Origin: Microbotryum violaceum
Lineage: Eukaryota
Length of the DNA: 64,000 bases
Reading direction: 5' to 3'
Assembly: GCA_001244265.2 (NCBI GenBank)
Contig: LN717261.1
Coordinates: 2,309,591-2,373,590, forward strand
Shown: positions 53,185-64,000 of the stretch, piece by piece
How positions within the stretch are numbered: position 1 is the first letter of the stretch
How the letters are laid out: each line of letters starts with the position of its first letter
The notes under the pieces: generated by a model
The model's input: only the letters and a program-made list of their open reading frames with translations
Told to the model about the DNA's origin: nothing
Database searches by the model: none
Made by a program: the position numbers and the translations under genes

Positions 53185-53566
53185 GCACAAGAAAGTTGGT
53201 CTTCCAAGAGGTGTGACTGCTGTCAAGGCGCGCGTCAAGAGGCAGTTGTGGGGTGGCAAGAGCCTGACGTCCGAGCGCGCTCGGTCAGGGTGGCAGTGTC
53301 CTCCTCGCAGTGACTCGGAACAATTCGAGCTTGGCGATTTCTCGCAGGGACTTAGCCTCCACGTGTCGCCGGAAGAAGGTCTCGGAACAAGTTATGATCA
53401 ACTGCATGACATCTACTGCGCAACCTAAAATTAGGTAGACCGTAAGCATCACGCGACACTCTCCCTCTCTGTTTCGACATGAAATTGAACTCGCTCGGCG
53501 ATCGCGCTGCTGTTGAATATCCGGCGAGCGTGCCTGCCCACTGGTACTGCTCACCCCTCAAGGCGG

Positions 53567-54298
53567 TGAAAGGGCTCGGAGCATTTTAGACCAGTGACTC
53601 TTAGGGACCGTTTTCTAAAAGTGGTCCGAGGGCACTCTTAGCACTTTCAGGGACGGTCCGTGCCAGGCCTTTGGCCTACAGTAACTGACTCCCGCTGAGG
53701 ACGATAGTAGATTGAATTTGAGACGGTGAGAGGCCGTAGACAGTACTTTTTAAACGCCTCTACTGGTTTTCAGCTTAGAAGTTAAATACCAAGAGAGAGA
53801 AGAGAGAGAAAGAGAAAATGGGGCAGGGCTTCACCCAATTGGGCCAGGCCGAGGCAGGTCGAGGCCTGTGCGTCGGCGTCAGTCTTAGGCCGTCGATCAC
53901 GGGGTCGAAGCACCGCCGTTGCGACTGCTCGTACACGCGCAACCCTCAATCGTGCGGAATTCTCATGTCTACAATCCGTAACGGCGCCATATGGTTGACC
54001 ATCTTCGAAACTCGGTAATTTCCTGCTGGATTCCTTATATACGCCCCGCGGGGCGGCGACCAGTCCCTGAACCTCCAGTGATCCAGTGCCGTCTATAAAG
54101 TCACACTAACAACCGTGGCCCGAGGATAGGCTGTACCTCCTACTTAGCCGAAAGCGAATAACCACCTCAAGACAAAGCTAGAGACTGTAACGACAAATCA
54201 AAAATCCACATTTCATTCAATTTCGAGTCCATTTCGACTTTTCTTATCATCATCCAGACATATCTCTCTCTTTCGGTTTATCAAGCACGAGCCTTCCC
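53567..54298. mobile_element. Possible degenerate solo LTR or repeat next to the copia 5' LTR
   Basis: Starts TGAAAGGGCTCG and ends CGAGCCTTCCC (imperfect inverted termini similar to the solo LTRs below); internal TATATA; non-coding; no TSD found. Confidence 0.25.
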
Positions 54299-54631
54299 TG
54301 TTGTGGGAAATTAGTAAAGGGTCAGCGGTCCAGAGGAACTTGTGGCATTGGGAGGCGCGCGCGTGGCGCGGCGCCGGATGGAGGCAGATGGCGGTGTGGC
54401 GTATTGATTGGACTCAGAGGTGGCTTGCACGCGGATACTATCTAAGGCTCTGGTCTCGTTCACTCTCTCCTTCTTCTTTGACACACACTCGATATCTATC
54501 TCGCCCATTTGCCTGCTACAAGTTGATTGACCTTGGCGATACTCTATCTCACAATAGGTCATCTATCAACGCCGTGTAGCTACAGCGAATCTTCATTCAT
54601 TCATTGGTACTCCAAGTCCAAATCCACAACA
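54299..54631 (+). mobile_element. 5' LTR of a Ty1/copia element
   Basis: TGTTG...CAACA inverted termini, 333 bp, directly followed by the PBS. Confidence 0.85.
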
Positions 54632-54640
54632 GGTTATGAG
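54632..54640 (+). promoter_or_regulatory. Primer-binding site GGTTATGAG (half initiator-tRNA-Met type), overlapping the gag ATG
   Basis: Complementary to the tRNAi-Met anticodon arm CTCATAACC; abuts the LTR end. Confidence 0.8.
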
Positions 54641-55096
54641 TTCGACGACTACCACCAATGTATCGAATGAAGGGGACGTCAAGATCACCAAGCTCGGTAA
54701 AGATAACTACGAGCTGTGGTCGATCCGAGTCGACGCGTTCCTCGAAGGTTGTGGCTACAGCAGTGTACTTCAACACGGAGCCGACCGACCATCGAGTATG
54801 GATGTGCAAGCATGGAAGACTCTCCATGGCATCGACCCAAGTCTAGAGGAGGGCAAGGTCCCGACTCTAATCACCAAGTGGGATCGTAGTGCGCGCGCGA
54901 TCATCATCTCGTGCCTCGACGATTCGAATCTCAAGATGGTCAAGAGCAAGTCGCTCTCAGCCAAAAACATCTGGGAGAAGTTGAAACAACACCACGAAGG
55001 GAACGCCGATCCGTTCAAGATTCGCACGCTACTCTACGAGATTTCGAATGCGTCGTACGATGAGGACACCAACCTCGGCGAGTTTCTCCAGGGCAT

Positions 55097-55285
55097 TGAA
55101 AGGCACGAGATTGCTCTCGAGCCTCACTGGTTCCGAGTCCAAACTGAAAGGATCAAACGGTGTAATTCGCAGGCGAAGAAAGACTACTAAAAGGACTAAG
55201 GTCAAGAGGCGCCCGTGGCGCCGCGCGCAAGTAAGGCTTCGGCCGCTGAGGTTGTCGTGAGGCGTAAGCGGAGCGGCGCCTTACA
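55097..55285. mobile_element. 189-bp solo LTR inserted in copia gag, 5-bp TSD GGCAT
   Basis: TGAAAGGC...GCCTTACA termini, GGCAT on both sides; removing it restores [16 protein letters not shown]. Confidence 0.9.
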
Positions 55286-56201
55286 GGCATCACGGACAAG
55301 GTCGATCAACTCGAAGATCTCGGCCAAAAGTTCAAGGATGAAGCCATCGTCGCGTTTATGCTTCAAGCTCTACCTCCCTCATACGAGATGCTCAAGCAAG
55401 CTATAAAGCTCAGCGATAAGTGCTCGGTTGACTACGCCGTCAATCGACTTACCGACGAGTACAGTGAACGCAAGCTCACTGGCAAGTACGACAAATTACT
55501 CAAGAACGCGGGAGCGTTAGCGGTTCGCGAAGGCACGCAAGTCAAGCGTGATCCGAACTGCATTTGTCGTGGTTGCAAGGGAACCGGTCATTACCAAATC
55601 GATCCGGAATGTCCCAAGTACGATCCGAACGCCAAACGCGGTCGTAACAAGAACCACAGCAACAAGAAGAAGAAGCAACATAAGCATTCCAAGGGATCTG
55701 CGGATTCGGAGGAGTCGGCTTCTTTTGCGTTGGTGGTCAAGTCTCTCGAGGACAGCCATTCGCTTCACATCAACGTCGCGAATAGGGTGTCACAGAACGA
55801 CCAGAGTGAGATCTGGATCCTGGACACCGGTGCGAGTCAGCACTACGTCGGCAACGCAAGTCTGCTTACCGACCGTCAACATGGAAGTCTGAACGTTCAA
55901 ACCGCAAGCGGTCAGGTAGTACATTGCGACACGTATGGTACGGTACGGTTCAAGTTGAGAAGCGGGGCCTCGCTCTCACTTTCGAACGTCTACCATCTCC
56001 CGGGCGCTCTGGTGAACCTCGTCTCGACTCGTGCTCTATACCGATCAGGAGCTAGTTGCGGATGGGAAGATAGCAGGGATGTCATGACGATCAAGATCAA
56101 AGGGCTTACCGTAGCAAAGACGCTGAACGGTACCGGTTACACCCTCGACTTTACGCGCATTGTCGAGGACCAAGCTCATGTTGCAACTCGTGCGACAGTG
56201 G

Positions 56202-56380
56202 TGTAAGGCGCGGCTCCACTAGCGCCTCACGACCGCCTCAAGCCACCCTGCGCGCGGCGCCATGGGCGCCTCTTGACCTTAGTCTTTTGAGTAGTTTATC
56301 TTCGCCTGCGATTACACCGTTTGATCCTTTCTGTTCAAACTCGGAATCAGTGAGGCTCGAGAGCGATCTCGTGCCTTTCA
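56202..56380. mobile_element. Second copy of the same solo LTR, opposite orientation, no TSD
   Basis: Reverse complement aligns along its length with 55097-55285; flanks AGTGG and GCAAG differ. Confidence 0.88.
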
Positions 56381-57679
56381 GCAAGTTTCGAGTACACCTA
56401 CTGGGGCTCGTGCCCTGGGCTATCGTTGGGTGTTTACTCGAAAGGAAGATGTCGAGGGCAACATCATCAGCTACAAGGCTCAATTAGTCGTCCAAGGCTT
56501 TGCTCCACGACTGGGGAACGACTACAACAAGACGCTTGCTCTTGTCTCGTCGATCACGACGATCTTGTTCGTCGTCCGCCAAGCCGTGCCGCTCGTGGAC
56601 TGGTCCTGACTTCTCGGCGTCGCTGCCTCTCTTCTATTAGAAGTCTATCTTCCGCGCTCGCATGTTATCTGCGATAGTTGTCAGTGACTGTAAAGCGCAA
56701 GAAACCGAACCGGCAGTAGTGAGTCGGTATAACAGGTGTTGCGATTTGCGGGCTTGAACTCACTACCATGACCTTCGGTGCTCGACAAGTCAATATTCAG
56801 CTCGGCGTCCATTGCCGAGCGCTTGACAGGGGAGGCGATGAACCGCTTGGACTGAGTTGGACGGTCGGCGGGGGCGTGGTTTGGCATGTCATCTGCCGCA
56901 CATCAGGCACATGCAATATGCACAAAATATGTATTCAAGAAGTACTCACGTCGTTCTGGCGGTGCACGCGAATCCTGAGGGGCACGAAGTTTAGGCGCCC
57001 GTGCCACTGCATTTGCCAGAGGACCTGTCCCTCCAAGCGCGAGCCTCGACGGTGCAGACAAGCGCACACAGATCACCTTCACGGAGGATGGTGTGTGCAA
57101 ATCGCCTGGGGTGCCCATGGACAGTCACGGGGAGTGGCTTCGGATCCTTCGGCGCACTTGCGACCGGTTAAAAGCCCCTCTCGGACATCCGCATAAAATC
57201 GACTGTAATCGGGCAGGTCAAGAAAGTTCTCCCAAGCGGTTCGCCCCCTGTGCATTTTCCCAATGACTGCAGTCACGCTTGTCAGCCCAATCATCAGATC
57301 CTGGAGCCTACGAAAGCAAAAATGCAAATTACTACTTACACCTTGGGGGTGATTAACTGGTGGTGGATGAAGAGCACCTGCGGCTTCGCTGTTAGGTTTG
57401 GCATGTTGACTTCGATCGCTGGCCGGGCCGGGTGAGGAAGAGAAAAAGAAAGGAGTCAGGTTTCTGCAACGGATTCGATACAAGAGATACCACGGCTTAC
57501 ATTGACCGTTCCCCAAGTTCCACGCCGTTGCCGCATGTTCAGATAACAAGCATCGCAACTTGGACTCCATGCCCTGAGTCGCAAGCGCCTCGGACGTCAC
57601 GAGCTCGAGGCCGATCTCACGGATCAAATGCTGCGGCTGCTGTCTGTCCGGAGGCAAGTGCTCGCGACTGAACACACAA

Positions 57680-59444
57680 ACGTGGCTCAACCACTCCAAC
57701 ATTCGTTTCACCTTCCCTTGCCTCACACTCATCGGTCGACACTTCTCTGATTCGGTTAAATTAGCTTTAGCGCCGCAAAACAATACGCACACATGCACTG
57801 TCGGCTAATTGCTCGACTGACATCGGAAGAATGTCCGTGAAAGCGGCAGTATTCTGACTGAAAATTAAGGTATTTCCCCGAGTACACTTTTGCTGCGCCT
57901 TTAGGTCGCCAAACTTTGTGATCTTGTAGACGAAGTTATAAGCGCGGGCCCGGGCAGTGACCAACACGCCTCACGGCTTCGCCGAACCACTCAAGCTTCG
58001 CAGGCTGAGCGGTCCTCGCCCTATACTCCTGCGTCCGCCCGGCTCCAAGCTGAGATCCGTGCCGAATGGAATCAGTACTTCACAGATGCGAATTTTCGAG
58101 TTTTCTGCTGCTTGGTTTGCTCTGAGAGGGTCTTCGGGCACGAGGCACAGTGGGTTGCGAAGGGCGGTCTCAAGTGCAGAGATCGCGGCATCCTGGAGGT
58201 GCTCACAGATGTTCATTGGCGCTCTGACTTGCGGCCTACAACGTATGGTTTCAAGGAATGGCGTGCAGCAATCATTGATCCGCGTGGTCTACATCGGCGG
58301 AACGACCTAGAGGGCCAGCCCATCTACTTCGCCACGGATGAGTCCTCCGTCCAGTGATCGGTTTGCCCCGGCTGTTGTCAAAGTCTCTTTACCTGTAAAA
58401 GCTGCGCCTACTAAGCGCGCTCGTTCATTGAATAGTCGTCTTTACCGGGCCGTCGATCATCTGCCTCCAGATGTCAAGGGCTGTTTCTCAGGTGCAAGTC
58501 AGCTCGAACTGAGCCGTGTGTCGTCGTCAGCGCGGCTATCATTGATGGTCGCCGCTCGTCGTCTGACATCTTTTCGAAGTCGCATTTTCTGTCAATAACA
58601 TTTCCTCTCGTTCACAAATCTCCTTGCTCAGTTCTGCTTGACACGACTCCCATGTTTTGCGCCGGTAGACCGTGTGGCGGGGTACGCAATGCCGTCTGGG
58701 GACCAGAATGTCATTGGCTGTGCTTCGCTTGAAGATGTAGCCGCTCTCACATGCTGGACAACTCTCAGTGCATGAAGACAACATAATACGCAAAAACAGT
58801 TCTCTAGCCCTTGATCGCGAAGAGAGTACTAGTAGCCCTGCAAGTTGTGAGTCTGACAGACAATCTGAAGTTGTTCCAAACGAAGTTTGACGTTGAACAA
58901 GACGAGCTGTCGCAACGAGCACCTGATCACTAGATCCTCGTCAAGCGAATGCGAGGAACCAGATCTGTTCAGTCCATGATAAGTGTACTGTACTCATTCG
59001 CCAGGTTGGCAAGAGCGACCGCCTCTTGTCAAGCCAAGCTCCCAGATGCTGTCCAATGAGTCGCAATGACTCGGCGTCGGGAGGCACGACTAAGACACGT
59101 GAACTGGGAGAGATCGACGTCGCCGAAGGGTGGGTGGACATAAATGCCACTTGATACCAATGACCTGTGTGTCGGACCGACTGAGCACCGTTCGTGACTG
59201 ATGAACTACTCCACGGTGGAGGAGGGCTGTACCATAAGCTACTGAGATGTTGATGTTCGCACACAGCTATCAGACGGGGCCGAAACGCACGCCTAGTTCA
59301 GGAATTGGCACTCCGTGCCATTCCCCGCCGTTCCGCGCCGGTCTATGCAGGTCTGTGCTGGCTGGCTGTAATGTTGAGACCGTCGTCAATTTCCCAAACT
59401 CGCGGCGCCTCGAGCCGCCCCCAGGCCGCCCCCGCCGCCGTGTC
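57680..59444 (-). mobile_element. Helitron Rep/helicase N-terminal remnant (DUF6570 region) with an internal inversion
   Basis: Minus strand: TARARAY...RGNTLIFSQ...ILP...CVLFCG...RPMSVRQGKVKRMLEWL. Plus strand 57970-58340: IRAEW...CCLVCSERV...RPTTY...AAIIDPRGL. Family recognised from memory of fungal Helitron proteins. Confidence 0.65.
59129..59444. repeat. About 310-bp direct repeat, copy 1
   Basis: Aligns with 61011-61320 with scattered substitutions and small indels. Confidence 0.92.
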
Positions 59445-61010
59445 CAAGTCGATCCCCCGGCCTCCGCCCACGACCGGACGACCAAAAAACGTCGAGTGGA
59501 ACAGGATCTGGCTGCCCAGACTGAAGATCTGTCCAACAGAGCTCAGCCCGATTCTCTGTCGAAGAATGCCCGCCCCGAGTTCTCCTTCAATTTCAACCCT
59601 TGGAAAATTGCCACTCCTCCTGCCCCCCAGCCTGCCTCCAATCAGGGAATTGCCTACTCCCTCGTTGAAAAATCCTCCGAGTCCCCCAGCTCAGAGACCA
59701 CCTCTCCATCCCCAAGCCCTCCTCCGGCCATGCCAAAGTCGATCATAACTCAATCCAAGTCAATTGCCGCCCTCTCCAAGCCAGCCACTCGTGAAGCCCC
59801 TCCCACTGCGCCTGCCCTCGAAGCCTCCGAGCCGATCCCCGAGCCGTCTTTGCCCACGCCGTTGCCCTCAGCCGCGCCCAAAGCCCGATCTGATGACGCC
59901 GACACCGACGACGAGGTCGACGAAGAAGCCGAAGACCAAGAAGCACCTCCTAAGGACGTGGAAGACGCTATGGACCAAGATGATGAGCACAACTAAAATC
60001 CCAAACATGTCTTTTGTTGCTGCCAACGTGCAGTCAATCAATGAAGACCGTAAGCGTGCCTCTCTTTTCTCCAATCTCCGCTCCCATAACGCCGACGTCT
60101 TTCTCCTGAGCAAACTGGCCGGCCGACCTTCCCCCAAAAGGGTGGCCCAGTGGATTCAGGAGTGCCAAGACTTAAAGCTCTCCGCTCTTTTCACTCCTTT
60201 CAACAACACTGCCATACTTTGGAAAAGCGACTCCATGGTCATTACTTTTGATCCCGAGTCGCCTCCAAACACTCTTCGTGCCTCTTTCTCTTTCCCGGAC
60301 CGAGTCACCGACGCCACCTTTTGTGTGGGTGATTCAAAAGTCCGGGTTGTATCAATATACGCGCCTTCCTCCGACAAGCCAGACAAAAAACGCTTCCTCT
60401 CACACCTCAGCACCGCCCTCCGACAAGTTGTATGTGACGCACCCTCGCCGCCTGCGCTCCTAGCCGGGGGGACTGGAATTGTGTTGAGTCCCAGCCCCTC
60501 GATTCGGAGAACCAAAACGGAACGAATTATGGGGTCAGGAGATGCGCGACCTTGCCACGGCCAACAATCTTTTCGGCGCCTATCGGCTCCATCATCCCAA
60601 AGGACAAGCCACGACGAATCGCTCAGCGCCCGGCACGTGCCGTCGCCTTGACCGCATCTATGTCTCGCCTGATTGGGTCGACCTCTTCCATGATCACAAA
60701 ATCTGGGCTCCTGTCCTCAAATCGACGCACTCAATGGTTGTGGCACGGTTCCAAGTGCCGGGCGCAATCGACATTGGTCCGGGCAAATTCAAGTTGGGTT
60801 TGCACGTGATCGAGGGCGACGCGACCTGTGAGTACCTCACCTCCATTGTCCGCACCCTTTACAACAAAGCCCTCCTCCAGACGCCCAACGATCCACCAGC
60901 AGCTTGGACGTCCACCAAACACCGCCTGCTGCCCGAGCTGCAGGCTCTGGCCCGGACTTTCGCTCGGTTCCGTCGTGGCGGGTCGGAGCAAGAGAGGGCT
61001 GACCACTCGC
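59445..61010 (+). mobile_element. Non-LTR retrotransposon (LINE) fragment: ORF1 3' end plus degenerate APE endonuclease of ORF2
   Basis: ORF1-like stop at 59996, ORF2 ATG at 60007. Motifs ANVQSIN, DVFLLS(K), VVSIYAP, GDWNCV (frameshifted at G6 60466-60471), RLDRIYVS, S(T)HSMV; truncated before RT. Confidence 0.85.
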
Positions 61011-61320
61011 GGTGGGTGGACACAAATGCCACTTGATACCAATGACTAGTGTGTCGGACCGACTGAGCACCGTTCATGACTGATGAACTACTCCACGGTG
61101 GAGGAGGGCTGTACCATGAGCTACTGAGATGTTGATGTTCGCACACAGCTATCAGACGGGCCGAAATGCACACCTAGTACAGGACTTTGCACTCCGTGCC
61201 ATTCGCCGCCGTTCCGCGCCGGTCTGTGCAGGTCTGTGCCGGCTTTTGCCGGCTGGCTGTAATGTTGAGCCCGTCGTCAATTTCCCAAAGTCGCGGCGCT
61301 CCCCAGGCCGCCCCCGTGTC
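61011..61320. repeat. About 310-bp direct repeat, copy 2
   Basis: Aligns with 59129-59444. Confidence 0.92.
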
Positions 61321-61643
61321 GCGTGTCTCGCTTCCTCTTGCCCTCTCCTTTTCCGCGTGTTGCGCTCAGGAGCCGACCTGACTCTACCTGACTCAGACTC
61401 ATAGACCTACTGCATCGCAACCGTGTGAGTCACATGGAGGACGCAGTGTGACCCAACACGGTGACTAACCCATGCTCGTTCCCTTTCGTCCGTTCTCCTT
61501 CCGCCTATTGATCACTACTTGGTGGTCCTTTGTCGATCGTCCCCACGCGCGCCTGCCCTGCGACTGTGCGGCCCCACTTTTGGACCCGCAGTACGCTCCT
61601 TTATTACACAAGCACCACCGTCGCACGAGCACCGTCGCACGAC

Positions 61644-62961
61644 ATGTCTTCACCAACCCAGACCACGCACACGCACATGCGAGGCTCATCGCAGTCGTCG
61701 TCGTTCCATGCACCACCACCACCACCGTCTTCATCGTCACGTCATTCGCACTCGCAGTCGAATTCGCACTCACACTCGCGATCAGGCTCGACCTCGCTCA
61801 CGCCGTCGATGCTCGCTTCGTTGCAATCCTCCACACCGTCTTTGACGAACCAACCCAACACGACGCGCATCCTCAAGCTCAGCAACTTTGACCCCTCCCT
61901 CAAGACGAGGGACATCCACCACCTCTTCGCCGAGTGGGAGGATGAGAGGGGTGGGTTCAGGATCAAGTGGGCCGATGACGTGACGTGCTGGATCGTCTTC
62001 ACAGATTCCGTCACAGGTGAGTCGACCGACCTGGAGTAGATATTTTCCTATCTCCATCTTGCTTGGCGACGAAGCGGACCGCTTGCCACACTGCTGCCGA
62101 CGGTCAGGCGCACGTCAGGCGCACGTCCTTCCTCGCTCCTCTCGCTCCACCTGGTCTCCTGTTCCATCACGACCTTCATATACTCCAACGAAGCTGAACC
62201 GAAGAACCTTATATCTTTATGTGATCCTACAGCCAAACGAGCTTACCTCACCCTCCTGGGCAACCCCCCTGCTGCCTTTCAACCAACCAAAGAACACACC
62301 CCGTCGCTCACGCCTTACTCGGGTCCAGAAGCCAACTCGATCCTGGCAGCCGTCGCGAATCGACCTCGGTCCAGAAGTAACGCCGGGTCTGCGAACGGTG
62401 GTCACTCGAGGAAAGGTTCGTCGATGGGTAGCGGAAGTGGATTTGCGCTCGGCGCAGGCGGACCACCGGTGCCCCCACTTCCTATCAATATCGGCAATGG
62501 TACTGGCTTCGGCTCGCGGGGTCGGAGTCCATCCTTCACTCGCTCAGATGGGCAGTCACTGCCGCCATCTTCGACGAGTCCCATGCCCGCCGGTGGGATG
62601 ATGGGCTCGCCTTCGAGGTGGGGCAACGGCGATTCGAGTGGCGGGAGAACAACCCCGTCGGGGGCGGGGGCGCCCCGTGCCAGTTCTGCTGGACCGGATA
62701 CCCACGACCCGTCGTTGAATAGTCCCAATCGCGGGGGGAGGAGCAGTCCAGAAGTGGTGAGAAGGGCGATGGAAACAAGTGGAGGATCCTCATCGCCCCG
62801 ACATATGAAAGCGGGTCAGTTATGCTCTCATCATCTCACCTGGGCCACTTTACTGACGATCTAGCTGTCTTGTTCGTTCTGTGACAGGAGTCGAAGTCGT
62901 AGCAAACGCGGTCGAAGGTCTAACAATCGATGAGGAAGGCGCGTCGGGTCGTGCTGCATGA
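61644..62961 (+). CDS. Protein with a single degenerate RRM-like domain (Thc1/R3HCC1-type) and low-complexity tails
   Basis: TRILKLSNFDPSLKTRDIHHLF...FRIKWADDVTCWIVFTDSVT|AKRAYL across intron 62018-62232; start codon uncertain. Confidence 0.72.
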
Positions 62962-64000
62962 TCTGCCATCCCATCAATGTGCATCGCCCCATCTTCTTCT
63001 CCCTCTTACAAGTCACGTACGATATATAATGGTCCTTTTTTCTTCTCTGCTCGTTTCCTGCACATGGTAATATTCACGTCCGTTCTAAATTCGGTCGGAT
63101 CTCCTCTCTCGTCAGTCTTCCGCGTATCTCCCCTTTTATTGATTGTAAACAAGTTCCAGGCTACGCAGCAGCCCGCATTCGTTCACTTCTCCGGAAACAT
63201 CATTCTAAAATGTTGCAGGTATACGTAACCCATCTTGCCGCGCTGTTTACGCAGGAGTAGGGCCTTCCGGACGGACACGCTTCTCGCGGCCCGAAAGGGA
63301 CTGGCAGTAAAATGGTTCAAGTTCAGCTCGCAGCGTCAGTCGACGGCGGGTACTAGTTTAGTCACCGTACTTCTCAGGGTCACAGTGATAGATTTGTCTG
63401 TTTTCGTACTTAGTGCAGTTTCATGCTCTACAAGCCAGGCATTGCTGAGCGCCACGCTGTCGCTAGGCAGGGGTGGGCATCTACAGAGGGGTACGTCACC
63501 AGTCAGAATCCTCGTCGACAGCCCGCTGAATGACCAAACACAGCTGCAATCAATCTTACCTCTCGTTGGACGTTACATGTATACCATGGCCACGTTAAAT
63601 CATAGTCAAAGAGGTAGGCAGTAAGTGCAGGTGAGGAGCCCTCGGCGAAGCAGAACCGAAACGGCTGACGCGCGCGCGGGCTCCAGCGATTCGGTCCGGG
63701 CGAAAAACGTCCGGACGGCGTTTTCGCGATTTTTGAAGATGTTTTAGAGCACTTGAAGCAATTCTAGAGCTATTTTTCGAGGCGCGTAGATAGACTGGAC
63801 ATTTTGGGGACCTTTTTGGCCGAAACATCCAAAATTTGGTGGACAAATGAGGTCCAAAATCGGGGATTTTGGCGGATTTTACCTACGCGCCTCAGGCTGG
63901 GCTTTCGGGTAAGCTCGACGCCCCTCCCTTTGGGAGGGGCTTGTGAGTTATCCGCGCGTTTGGCCCAGTTGCCCTCCGAAATTTTGGCCCTGAAAAGTGC

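Larger units (their letters stand above)
54636..56610 (+). mobile_element. Decayed Ty1/copia gag-pol: gag, zinc knuckle, protease and RT fragment; integrase missing
   Basis: [62 protein letters not shown]; after 56380, GYRWVFTRK...YKAQLVVQGF...DYNKT. Confidence 0.92.

Noticed and set aside
59165-59292. GTC...CTGATGA...CGAAAC in the direct repeat suggests a hammerhead ribozyme
   Set aside because: Stem III can pair, but stems I and II do not close next to the core.
59129-61320. Reading repeat-ORF-repeat as an LTR retrotransposon or Penelope element
   Set aside because: No TG...CA termini, PBS or PPT; the interior is an APE-type LINE fragment, not gag-pol or GIY-YIG.
1-64000. tRNA, rRNA or CRISPR arrays
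   Set aside because: None seen by eye; the sequence is eukaryotic and has no repeat-spacer array. tRNAscan-SE was not run.

Overview
Gene-dense, intron-rich fungal DNA. Short GT-AG introns with CTRAC/CTGAT branch points and the gene content suggest a basidiomycete, probably Pucciniomycotina (inference). Bases 1-53.2 kb hold about 19 mostly housekeeping genes: LHS1, a WRKY/GCM1-fold protein, a MARCH5-like RING-CH ligase, SEC12, a UBX protein, DBP6, an Msb1-like protein, a NIPA transporter, SFT2, CTP1, HEM4, a phosphatidylserine decarboxylase, an FMO, a Tbf1-like protein, a small secreted protein, a DUF89 phosphatase, a bifunctional LKR/SDH, a methyltransferase and a VHS/GAT protein. Bases 53.5-61.3 kb are a nest of decayed transposons: a Ty1/copia element hit by two solo LTRs of another family, an internally inverted Helitron remnant, and a LINE fragment between 300-bp direct repeats. 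An RRM-like gene follows. The best leads are a 1-nt microexon in the PSD gene, a 432-nt hairpin-rich intron in the LKR/SDH gene, and the reconstructable transposon rearrangements. Several conserved genes carry single frameshifts at short repeats, so local assembly indels are likely. All calls come from reading the sequence by eye; no searches or folding were run, and coordinates of multi-exon genes are approximate.
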